Assembly: GCA_951406725.2 (NCBI GenBank) | Contig: OX597830.1 | Location: 46,190,001-46,254,000, forward strand | DNA from: Octopus vulgaris | Lineage: Eukaryota | Direction: 5' to 3' | DNA: 64,000 bases | Shown: piece by piece, positions 1 to 12,532 of the stretch | Layout of the letters: the number at the start of each line of letters is the position of its first letter | Position numbering within the stretch: position 1 is the first letter of the stretch | Notes under the pieces: generated by a model | Databases searched by the model: none | Seen by the model: the letters and a program-made list of their open reading frames with translations, nothing else | Told to the model about the DNA's origin: nothing | Made by a program: the position numbers and the translations under genes

Positions 1-14
1 CCAATATTATCTAG

Positions 15-82
15 GCGTGACATATACCTGGAATATTTCAATACTACTGTTATACGGGATATTACAACCAAGACATATAAAG
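15..82 (+). CDS. MANBA: MANBA exon (W)[22 protein letters not shown]
   Basis: ctag acceptor and gtttga donor; phase matches the next exon; resembles the GIWKDV-following segment of MANBA. Confidence 0.8.
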
Positions 83-3000
83 GTTTGATCTCTCTTTCTC
101 TCTCATTGAGTTAAAGCTTTTGATTCACTCTATCAATATTCAGAGTTTCTTGCTTTGTATGATTCTTCAGGAAACAAAAAAAAAACTGAAAGCAGTTATT
201 CCAATGTGTGCTGGAGTAAATCATCAGCTTTGAACAAACAAATAAACTCTACATCATGTATTTAGCACTCTTCCTTTCTTTCTTGCCTTTACACATACTC
301 CACATTCATTGCCCTAAGAAGTATTGTCACACTTTATACATACACCTCATACAATATCACCTCCACTCAGCAGAAGAGTCCCTTTGTTGCCAACACAGAT
401 AACAGCTCCCTAATTTTCTCCCATCCATCCTTTGTTTACTTACTACACTTTCAGAACATCCTACCCGACTGCTAATTAGGTCACATAGTTAACAGAAGTT
501 AATAACTACTCCTAGAGGAGCCCCCACCCCCCTCCAAGCATTTGAAAGATTATATTTTCTGCACACCAGCTACATACAAAGATCTCCATCTCTTTCAGCC
601 AGTTTGTGGTCACACTGCACTGTTTGTGCACCAATAGTTTTATGTTAGGTACACTATATCATCATCATCATTTAACGTTCGTTTTCCTTGCTGGCATGGG
701 TTGGATGTTTTGACTAAACCAGGGAGCTGCACCAGGTTCCAATCTGATTTGGCAACGTTTCTACAGCTGGATGCCTTTCCTAATGCCAACCTCTTTTTCT
801 CTTCTTCTTTATTTATTCTTTATTCTGATGAAGCTCCTTGTTTCAGATCAGTTTTATTACCAAATATGATTAATATTTTACATATTTTTGCATATCAATG
901 GCAATACCATACAACATTGGCAGCAGAAACAGCTGTTAGATGGGATGCAGTCTATTTGCATTGAATTAATAACAATTGATGTAAGTCAATTGTTGTTCAT
1001 CAGTACTTCTCCATTTTCTGTTTTCTTTAACCCTTTAGCATTTAAACCGGCCATATCCGGCCAAAAGTATTCTGCCTGTTTTATGTTCAAACTGGCCAGA
1101 TCTGGTCTCTCACACCAGCCCTACAATATCATCTTAAAAATTAACAGCTACCTCTTCAAAATCTCATAGCTACAAGATAATGCATGATTAGTTCAAAACA
1201 ATGTGGATGAAAAAGGATTAATTTAGGCAGAATAATGCGAACACTAAAGGGTTAAAACATAAAAAATAAAACAAAGAAAGGAAAATATAAAATGCCACAG
1301 AAGAATCAAAAACATAATCCTATAAAATTTAAATAAACCTTTCCAACATAATATATAATTAATAAATAACAATTGATGTAAGTCAATTGTTGTTCATCAA
1401 TATTTCTCCATTTTCTGTTTTCTTTAAATTTTGATTATTTATAAACTCATGTTTATCTTTGCCTTTACCTATAACTTATGAACATAATATGCTTGCATAT
1501 GTATGCCCATGGTTAAATATAGGTAATATACCGGTAGTGTAATGGATACTTCTATCCCTTAGATGGTTATTTTAACCTCTAGCTCAGTTAACCTTTTTTA
1601 TGTTTTATTTACTTGTATCCATAAATTCTATTTGAAAACATCAATTGTTTACCTATGAATGTTATTTTCAATTTTGTCTTGAAGGAAATGATGACTGGTA
1701 CCTGGAAGTGGTAGTCTTCTTTGACAACAGAGCCAGAGTCCCTGTGAAAGGCAAACTGTCCATTCACATGTCTGAGCTGAAAGTCATGCTTACCTCTAAT
1801 ATAGACTTGACAAAGGATTCTGATGAACTGAAAACCGTCATTAAAATACCAAAGGTAAACATCTGAAATGGTCTTGTATGAAATTAGTTTTTGTTTTACT
1901 AATTCATTAATCTCATAAACCCAGTCATGGCTGAATGGTGAAAGAATCCACTTTGCAGTCTGATGGTTCTGTCTTCCGTCCCTTTGCATGGAACTTTAGG
2001 CAAGTATCTTCTGCTATAGCCTCTCTCTAACTAATGCCTTCTGAGCAGAAAATTGGTCAGCAGAAACTGTATGAAAACCTGTGTGTGTGTGTACATACGT
2101 ACTGAGATATCAATGGTAAATACGTTGTGTATTATGGAACTTCACATTTATGGTAACATTGTCAAGAGTGCAATGCTCATTATAATATGATGTGTGTGTG
2201 TGTGTGTGTGTGTGTGTGCTTTCATCTGTCTTCACCATTGTTCAACAACATCAGCATGATGTCCTCTGTAGCTTGCTGGTTTTGTTGAAGGTCAGTGGAG
2301 CAAGAGTAGCTGACTTGAAAATTTAGCAGGGGTTAGTAACAGGAAAGGCGCCCAACCATAAATACCACCCCAATAACTCTTGACCAATCCCTATTATTGT
2401 GTTATGGTGTATTGTAAAGAGAAACACCTTTTAATGTAACACCTGTCAAACATCGATCAGAAATACTTTCAAAGTAGAATGAATGAATATAACAAAGAAC
2501 TTCACAAAAGACATGTCAAACAAGTGAAAATCCATAAAAAATGGGAATTCAGATAAAACTCTTTCTTTGATTATTTTTTTAAAAAATTTTTGTCAATTAT
2601 TTATGAAATGTAAAATAACATTTCTGGAAACTTCATTACATCTAAGTAGGTTAATATTTTTAGATTTAACTCATGAATCAAATTGAAGAATGGAAAAAAC
2701 AAAAAGAGGAAGAATAATGTTATCTTCTTTTATATTTATCAAAACAACATCATAAAAACTTATATTTCTACTCAAACCTCCTTGTAAACAAATCATTGAG
2801 CAATTTAATAGGGAAATATGAAAAACCAAGAAGAAACCATATGGGAACAAAGAAAAATTAGAGGCACTCAACACATTTGGAAGGAGTTGCATATTTTATC
2901 ATTTAAAACCGTTTCATTCGACTTTGTAGCCATCTTATAGAAACCTAACTCATTCAGGCTCGAATAACTGAATGGAGAGATGCATTAAGACCAAAATGGC

Positions 3001-6000
3001 TTCTGGAAACTGGGCCGCTATTGGTCAATGCAGATCACATGGTGGTGTTAAAAATGAGGTCAGCATTCCAATGACACTAGATGCATTAAAAAGGAAAATT
3101 TCTTGGACCATGTGGCCGGACAGGCAGCTGGTGGTGCTTTGGTATCTGGTTGGTCTTTGAAGGGACTTACAGGCCAATAGAAGCTTACCCCATCATTTTA
3201 AACCCCTTTTCATGACTCTCATCTTGTCACTCACAACACACACTCTCTCTCTCTTTCTCTCTCTCTCACCCTCCCTCCCTCCTCAGTTACCTCTATTGAC
3301 AACCAACACCTCGCCTCTCTCCCACTCTTACATCTCTAGGATGCCTGCTTACCTTTCTTCTCCTTACTGGACTCCCTGCACTTCATCCACAGAGTCTCCT
3401 TTCACAATCCTTTCTCTCCTGTCTTCCCATTTCAGATCTCACCCCTGCCTCTCCCCTTCCCCTTCTACCTCTTTACAGAGTGTACTGGGTGCTTTTTTGT
3501 GGCCCCAGTTCTAATATAGATAGCAAAGTTAACGACCTTAAAGTAGCCCCTTCAACTGAAGGAGAATAGAAGAGAGAGAGCAGGGATGGGGAAGGGAATG
3601 AAAGATGAGAGGGACAGATTTTTAGTTAGAAAGGGTTAACTAGGGGAGAGTGTAATTGGTGGAGGAGAAGAGGGGAAAGGTGAGAAATTGTGACGAGCTG
3701 AAAGATTATGGAAGAGAGTCTAGAGCTCTTCTACTACATAATGGCAAATGTGGACAAGGTGTGAGGGAGAAGGGGACAGGAAAGGAGCAGCTGACTAAGA
3801 TGGAGAGGAATTCTCCAGAAAGTCATAGAAACCCACTAATGTCCCTTTCCCTCCTTGCTCCCAAAGCACTCACCTTTTAAGTTACTGACCCCCACTCACC
3901 CCACAACTTCTGCCCTTCCTCAGTCCCCCTTCTCATCTTTCCCTTTTTTGGCCTTATCCCCCACGATCCCCACATTTTCCTTCATTTAATGAATTTCTTA
4001 GAATTTCATCTTTCAGCCCCTATCATAATCCCTTGTCTTTCCCTTGTTCTCCCTCATTCCTAATCTCCTCTTCCACCAATTACTCTCCTCTCTATAACCC
4101 TTTCCAATTAAAAATCTGTTTCTCTCCTCTTACCCCCTCTTCCTCCTTTCCCCTACCCCTGCTCTCTCTTCTATTCTCCCTCAGTTACAGGGACTGCCTT
4201 AAGGTTATTAACTTTGCAATTTATATTAGTGTTGAGGACCACAAAAAAGCACCCCGTAGACTCTGTAGAATGGTTGGTGTTAGGAAGGGCATTCAACCAT
4301 AGAACCCTTATCATGTCCTCCTACTTGTCAGATCCTGCCAAACCAGCCAAACCGTGCCAGATGTTAAAATATTATTATTATTATTATTAAGGCGGCGAGC
4401 TGGCAGAATCGTTAGCACGCTGGATGAAATGCTTGGTGTTTTGCCTGTCACTATGTTCTGAGTTCAAATTCTGCTGAGGTCAACTTTGCCTTTCATCCTT
4501 TCAGGCTTGATAAATTAAGTACCAGTTGAGTACTGTGGGTCAATGTAATTGACTATCCACCTCCCCCAAATTTCAGGCCTTGTGCCTATAATAGAAAGGA
4601 TGATTATTATTATTATTAATATTATTATTATGAAAGCCTCTTGGATAGTTCTTAATTACCAGTTATTCTTTACTTGAAAGCAGACAATAACCAGTCACCA
4701 AAGGTTTCAGGTAGTACCCCATCTCCTGTGACTCTAAGAGACAATACTCTCCTTAAAATGCCAGCTGTACCCAATAATGCTGTCTTCTGGATCACCTCAA
4801 GCCTGACAGCAGCTCCAATATTCTTAATATGTTTTCCAAAGCCCTTGGAAACTGCTCCTAATGCTCCAATTACCACCGGTATCACCATTAATTTCCTCAT
4901 GCCCTATAACTTTTCTATCTTGTACCGCAGTGGCTGCTATTTCTCACTCTTTTCTGTTTCCTTACCTTTCACCCTTGAATCGCCTGGTATTGCAACTTCT
5001 AGTATCTTTACTTCTCTTTCGTCTTTATGGTTGAGCATCATATCTGGCCATCTCACCTCTATGACTTGGTCGCACTGCAAGTTAAAATCCCAGAGTATTT
5101 TCTAATGTTCGTTTTCCATTACTCCCTCTGGCTTGTACTCATTCATACCATTGTTCAGCTCTCTCGAGGTTTGCTTATTGTTATTATTATATGTTTGGTT
5201 TTTGTTTTGTATTTGTACAAGTTGACTCCAAGTCTCACCCAGAGACCTCAGGAGACAAGTTAGAAGTTCAAGTTGGTGTTATGACAAGGGTGCCATATTT
5301 TTGGTTTTGCACAGAGTATTGTTCTAGAGAGTGTCTGTCAAAACATGAGCAAACTAGAAGTTTGTTTTAAAAGTAATTTGATTATAAGATGAGAGTGTGA
5401 TGTTAAGATGGCAGGAAAAGGAGTTTGTTCTTATGTACATTTAAAAGGACTTTTGATAATATTTACAGATTAAAATGTTTTGGGGATTACATAGATAATA
5501 CTTTTCATAGGATATGGGCAGTTCCCATGAGCACTATTTTTTTGAATTTCTTCCGTTTTAGTATGGTGGACTTGTCTGAAAGGGCTTAAGTCAGACACTT
5601 TCCTCTTTGGCCAATCCCTCATCAACTTTTTCAAGTTTGACTTGAAAAGGAAGTTGAGGGTGGAGAGGGAAGTGTTGCCTTGTGGCAAGTTTGTTGAAAG
5701 GTGGGTGAATGTTGGAAGAATGGCCAGTGTGAAAGGACCAATTCTGAGCGTACACCAGTAAAAAAAGGGAATTAAAGGAGAAGGGCTCTTGCCCTGTTGA
5801 TCAGGCACCTGTGGCTTTTGTATGTTTTTCCATGAGGACCTTAAAGCGCATCCCCCATTGGGAGTTTTAATCTGTTTAATTTTTTATTGTTATATATTCT
5901 TTACATGCTGTAAAACCGTTTGACTTGTTTTGTGTTGTTTTTTATGTTAGTATCATCATGTCATTTAATGTTATTTCATGTGAACCCTTGTGGCTGATAA

Positions 6001-6881
6001 AAGAATTATTATTTTTATTACCATTAGCACACCAGGCAAAATGCTTAACAGTATTTTGTCCATGCTTACATTCTGAGTTCAAATTCCTCTGAGGTTGACT
6101 TTACCTTTAATAAGTACCAGCTGAGTACTGAGGGTCAACTTAGCCCTACCCCCACCAAACTTGCTGGCCTTTTGCCAAAATTTGAAACCATTATTATTAT
6201 TATTATTATTATTATTACTTCCATTTTTTTTTTTTTTTGCCCCAGGATGCTGTGGTTGAGCCGTGGTGGCCCCATGGCTATGGCAAAGCTCGCTTGTACA
6301 CTCTCAATGTGATTTTCACATCCGACAAGGATGAAGAGCCATCTGCAAAGCAAATAAAGATTGGATTCCGTACAGTGGAACTGATACAAACTCCAGTGAC
6401 AAAGCGAGCGTCTGATGGTAAATGTCTGTTTGTATATTATGTGGAGGATGGGGGTGATGAAGGTAGAGTAAATGTGGTGGTGGTGGTGGGGGTGGGGTAT
6501 GATGGCAACAGCAGTGGGAATAATTGTGCTAATGGGGTTGGCTAATTAATGGTCATTAGGTAAGTGTGATTAATTCATGGAAGTTGTAGGGATAATGGTT
6601 GGGAGAGTGATGACAATGATGAGGTGGTGGTGATGTAGTGGCCATCATCATCATTATTATATAAAGCTGGCAGAATGGTTACCGTGCTGGACAAAATGCC
6701 TAACAGCATTTCTTGTGGGTTCTTTACATTCTGAGCTCAAATTGCTTTGAGGTCAGTTTTCTTTTTCATCCTTTTAGGTGTTGATAAAATAAAGTACCAG
6801 TTAAGAACTGGGGGGGGGTCTGTGTAATCAATTTGTCCCTTCCCACTTAAAAATTGCTGGCCTAGTACTAAAATTCAAGAG

Positions 6882-6920
<39 letters not shown>

Positions 6921-9247
6921 TGTTGTTGTTGTTAGTAGTAGAATTTAGATGTTAAGCTAGCAAGATTGTTAGAGTAAAAATACCTAGCTCAAAATTACCT
7001 CTGTCATCAATTTTTCCTTTCATCTCTCCTGGGGCCAATGAAATATAAAACCAATCTAGTCCTGAGATCAGTGGTATAAACCAATCATTAGCCCTCAAAA
7101 ATGCTGGCCTTGTGCCTAAGTTAGAAAATGTTATTATTATAAATTGGATAAGAAGATTAAACAATGGCAGAAAATAGAAAAATGTTGCATTAAATGTCTT
7201 TCAGAGTTTTTGTCCATTTATGTTCTGTGTTCAAATCACACTCTGTTGACCTTACCATTTGTCACACTTGAATAAATGACATAAGTATGGGTATGAGACG
7301 TGTAACTGAGTTCAATGCAATTGACTACCTGTAATCACCTGTAATCTGTGGCCCTGTGCCAATATCAGAATCCATTATTATTAGAAGAACAGGAATGGTA
7401 GAACACCACACTAAATTACTTGCTGTAAAGCAAGTCAATAAAGGCACCTCTACATGGCTGCTTGATTTGCTAGTAATAACAGCTGAATCTCTCTCAAATC
7501 AGTCTACTGCTTTATATAAAAAAAAGTATTGAGTAATATAACACACACATGCATGCATGCAATTGTGCAAACACACACACACACGGACACAGTATCTGAA
7601 AAACGCAAAGGAATGAGATGGTCAGAGCTGAAATGGGGTTTTTTTAAAATTATTTATCCCCTGGCAGTTGATGGAGTCTATTTTCTGTACATTTTTGGTT
7701 TTTATTGTACCTGTGTATCTACCACACACAAAACCTATTTTCTCCTGTTAACCTTCCTCTGATATAGCCTCACCTTTTATGTGTCCAAAGCTTATGCCAG
7801 GTGCATCTTACAGAGTTACTACCTACACTTTTTCTACAGATCAAGCAGGGTCATCTACCTGAATGGACTTGTAGTTTGTCTGTTTTCCTACTTACTAAGA
7901 CTTTGGGTTTTACTAAGTTAACTCTAAGGTTCTTCAGTTCTAGACCTTGCTTCCATACCTGGAACTTCATCTCTAGTTCTAGTAGTGATTCAGCTATTAC
8001 AGCAATGTCATCAGCATAGAGGATCTCCCAGGAGAAGTCTGTTTTGAATTCCTCTGTTATTGCCTGGAAGACTATGATGAACAAGAGGGGGATTAAGCCC
8101 AATCCTTGGTGAACCCCTACTTGGACCCTGAATTCTTTGCTGTACTCATTGCCAACCCTCACCTTACTAGTAGCCTCCCTGTACGTGGCTTGTACAGCTC
8201 TCACCAGCCACTTGACTATCCCTAGTTTCTGCATTAACCACCAGATAAGAGATCCGGGGACTATGTCAAAACCTTACTCCAAGTCAATGAGAGCTAAGTA
8301 CAGAGGTTTACCTTTGGCTATGTATTTCTCCTGCAGCTGTCTTACCAGAAATATAGCTTCAGTGATGCTTCTCCCTGGCACAAAACCAAACTGCATCTCA
8401 CCTAGACTAAATCTCCCTCTTATTAGTTGGGCTGTGACTCTCTAACTTTCATCACCTGATCCAACAATTTGATACTTCTGTAATTATTTCTATCCAAGGC
8501 ATTGCCTTTACCTTTGTAGCAGTTGACAATGGTGCTGCTACAACAGTCATTGGGTATGACTTCTTCTGGAATCACCTAATTTACAATACAGGTGACTAAG
8601 CCATAACCTACACAGCCAGATCTTTTCAGCATCTCAGTGGAGATTCCTGAAGGGCTGGGGGGCTTTCCTTGTCTTCATGTCCTTAATTGCTTTGTCTACC
8701 AAGGTACGGTTGATTTGGGTAGCTGGTCCCTCAATTGAGTCAGCCTTTGGCAGGCTCTCCTCCTCCCAGTCATTCTCTACATTCAGCAGTCTTTCATAAT
8801 GGCATTTCCAAGCCTTTTTCTTTGCAGAATCACTAAATGCAAGTGCACCATCATCTGACTTACCCCTCCTCAAAATTTCTAGCCCTGTCCCTATCTTAGA
8901 AATTATTCTTGTAATGGTATTTATTCTCCTTTTTCCAAGTTTCTCAACTCAGCTATACATATACCTGTTCTTGTATCTCTTATCCACCAACAGGCCTGAC
9001 ATTCTACTTCAAGATCAATGGAATCCCTGTATTCTTCAAAGGATCCAATTGGATACCAGCTGATAGTTTCCAAGAACGTGTAACGCCAGCACGTATCCGG
9101 AATCTTTTTCAGTCTTTAGTTGATGCCAATCAGAACTCTATGCGTGTATGGGGAGGAGGGGTAAGTATTTGAGGCCTTTTATCATTATCACCTTTTTTTT
9201 TATTGTGACAAATAAATGGTTGCATGAATAGATAGGTACATACATAC

Positions 9248-9286
<39 letters not shown>

Positions 9287-9879
9287 TCAAGGTACAAGTG
9301 AAGATATAAAACCTGGAGGGGATAAAAATATCCAAGATTAGATTGGTTGAAAGCCTAACAAAGCAGGCATATACATACATAGTATTATTGATATTATACA
9401 AAACAAGAGAGAAGATGGAGATAAGATTAATAAAAGTTTATTAACATTGACAAGACCACACCTACAATTGTTTCAATTCATTACTTGCAGCATAAAAATT
9501 AACCAAATTTAGTTTAATTTAACTAAATTGATTTGGTTAATTACTACAAGTAAGAGTATCTTCAGGGTTGGATGCACAAAGAAATTTATTATATTTAAAA
9601 CAAAATGTAAACATAAAAACAGGAAGAATATAGTGTACCATTATAGTCAAAAATATATGCACAGTTCTAAAAATAGATACAATTATAAAAAAATATAGTT
9701 AGTCATGAATTGATATAAATAATGATAATGCAGACATCCCCAGGCAAAATACAAAAAATGGGGATGCTGTGTAAAAAAAAATAGACTGTTTATTAAATTA
9801 TGGAAGTAGAGAAGGGAAATAATTAGATGTTCAATATAAACATATATACACACACGTAATACGTGTAGACACACACACA

Positions 9880-9918
<39 letters not shown>

Positions 9919-11005
9919 GCACATATATAAATACATATACAAATATAAAGCTAAGCAAGGTAAATATACTGAATTAATTTAAAGTAATAAAATTATTAAT
10001 TAATAGGAAGATTAAGGGGAAATAGAAACTAGACGCGGAGAACACAACAAAAATATATATAATGAATTATTATGTGACGTTTGGAATGAAAATAAGATAG
10101 AATATAATTAATGAATGAAACTATTATTATATGTACTATTTAAGTTATAAGGCACAAAAAGAAAATTACTCTCCGCAGACACAACAGAATATGCTTCAAC
10201 ACATGAACTCATATAAAGAATCTTGCAAACCAAATCCAAAAACGAAATACTATTTAAATGTTAATTATATAAATCTATATATTCATATGTACTAATTATC
10301 CTGCAAAAACATGTAGACACACTTATATTTGTATAAGGCGGCGAGCTGGCAGAATCGTTAGCACGCAGGGCGAAATGCGTAGCCGTATTTCATCTGCTGT
10401 CACGTGTTCTGGGTTCAAATTCCGCCGAGGTCGACTTTGCCTTTCATCCTTTCGGGGTCGATAAATTAAGTACCAGTTACGCACTGGGGTCGATATAATC
10501 GACTTAATCCCTTTGTTTGTCCCCTCTATGTTTAGCCCCTTGTGGGTAGTAAAGAAATATATATTTGTATATATATAAAAGTGTATATGTACAGACACAC
10601 ACACATATACACATACTTATACATACACATAAATACACATATGCACAGATACATATCTACACAAATATCGAACATAGAATAAAAACAAGGTGAAAAAATT
10701 ATACATATCATAAATTATTTGATCTATTTAAAATTGGTATCTATTGATAGTTATGCATATACCCACCCAAACATATATATAACGGGAAGCTTTATGAAAA
10801 TAAACAAAAGACGAAGGCAGGTGGAGTACAAACAAACAATTGTATTAGTATGGCGCTCAGAAATATAAATAAAACAAGATCCCTGATTACATACACAAAT
10901 ACCCATATATATACACATGCACACACATATATACATACATATACATATATGCACACACCCCTATATCTATGTGTTGTTGTTTTTTCTGTTTTCCCGTTTG
11001 GATTA

Positions 11006-11046
<41 letters not shown>

Positions 11047-11899
11047 TCATATACATACACATATACATACATAAACATACAAACATATATATATATACAT
11101 ATAGATATTCACACAAACAAATTTATATGCATATATGCACAACATATAGACATACACACACATAAGCAGCTAAAAACATATACAACCATATGCATATATA
11201 TCTAACATATGTAATATTCACACATAAACACTAACGGGTAGATAAATATTCACAAATATAAAAATAAAAATATATAAAGATATGGATAAAGAAAAATTAA
11301 AGCAGAAATATATAAAAACAGAGAAAAAGGATATAAAACCATTCAGATATAGATAAATAAAAAAAAGTATAAGAATAATAAGAATATGTATATCATCATC
11401 ATCATCATCATCGTTTAACGTCCGCTCTCCATGCTAGCATGGGTTGGACGGTTCGACCGGGGATCTGGGAAGCCAGAAGGCTGCACCAGGCTCCAGTCTT
11501 TTCTGGCAATGTTTCTACAGCTGGATGCCCTCCCTAACGCTAACCACTCTGTGAGTGTAGTGGGTGCTTTTTACGTGCCACCCACACAGGTGCCAGACGA
11601 GGCTAGCAACGGCCACGGTTGGATTGGTGCATTTTACGTGCCACCGGCATGGAAGCCAGTCAAGGCGGCACTGGCTTCGGCCTTGATTCAGATGGTGCTT
11701 TTTACATGTCACCGGCACGGAAGCCAGTCGAGGCAGCGCTGGCATCGGCCACGATTCGGATAGTGCTTTTTACGTACCACCAGTCCAAGGGTCCTGGCAT
11801 CTGCCGGATGCCAGTCATAGAATTGGTTCAATTTCGATTCCGATTTCGATTCCACTTGCCCCAACAGGTCTTCGCAAGCAAAGGGGGGTTGGCATGGGT

Positions 11900-11940
<41 letters not shown>

Positions 11941-12016
11941 TACATTATATAAAAGGGCTTAGTAAAATAAATTGGTGAAATTGATTAATTAATTAATTTT
12001 ACCCTCAATTGTTGAA

Positions 12017-12058
<42 letters not shown>

Positions 12059-12492
12059 TCAATGCATACATATACATACAATCATATGCATATACACACA
12101 CATAAACACTAATAGGTAAATTAATATCCAAAAATATAAAGATAAATAAAAATAAAAATATCATATAAGAAGTAATTCATTCCATATAATGACTATCCCA
12201 TATTTGAGTTATATCTTCAGTTATAAATATTAGTACTAGAGATATAATCATAAGATATTGATATCAATTAAATAACTTACAAAAACTGTCAGATTTATTA
12301 TTTATTCATATTAAGTGAAATATTAGAGACCTAGTTGTATCTAGCAAAAAGAAGTTAACTCACACAGCTACAGGCTAAAATTTCATCAGAATGTGCATTC
12401 AAAAGTAATTTATGGGAAATGAAAATCTGATATATATACATACATGCACACACACACACACACACACACATATATTTACACGCACATACACA

Positions 12493-12532
<40 letters not shown>

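Noticed and set aside
5195-5830. Possible further PLE remnant
   Set aside because: Only vague similarity on the minus strand; no motif could be read with confidence.
10751-11205. ORFs rich in YI/CV/HT (also near 15.7k, 45.6k and 52.6k)
   Set aside because: Translations of (TA)n and (CA)n microsatellites.
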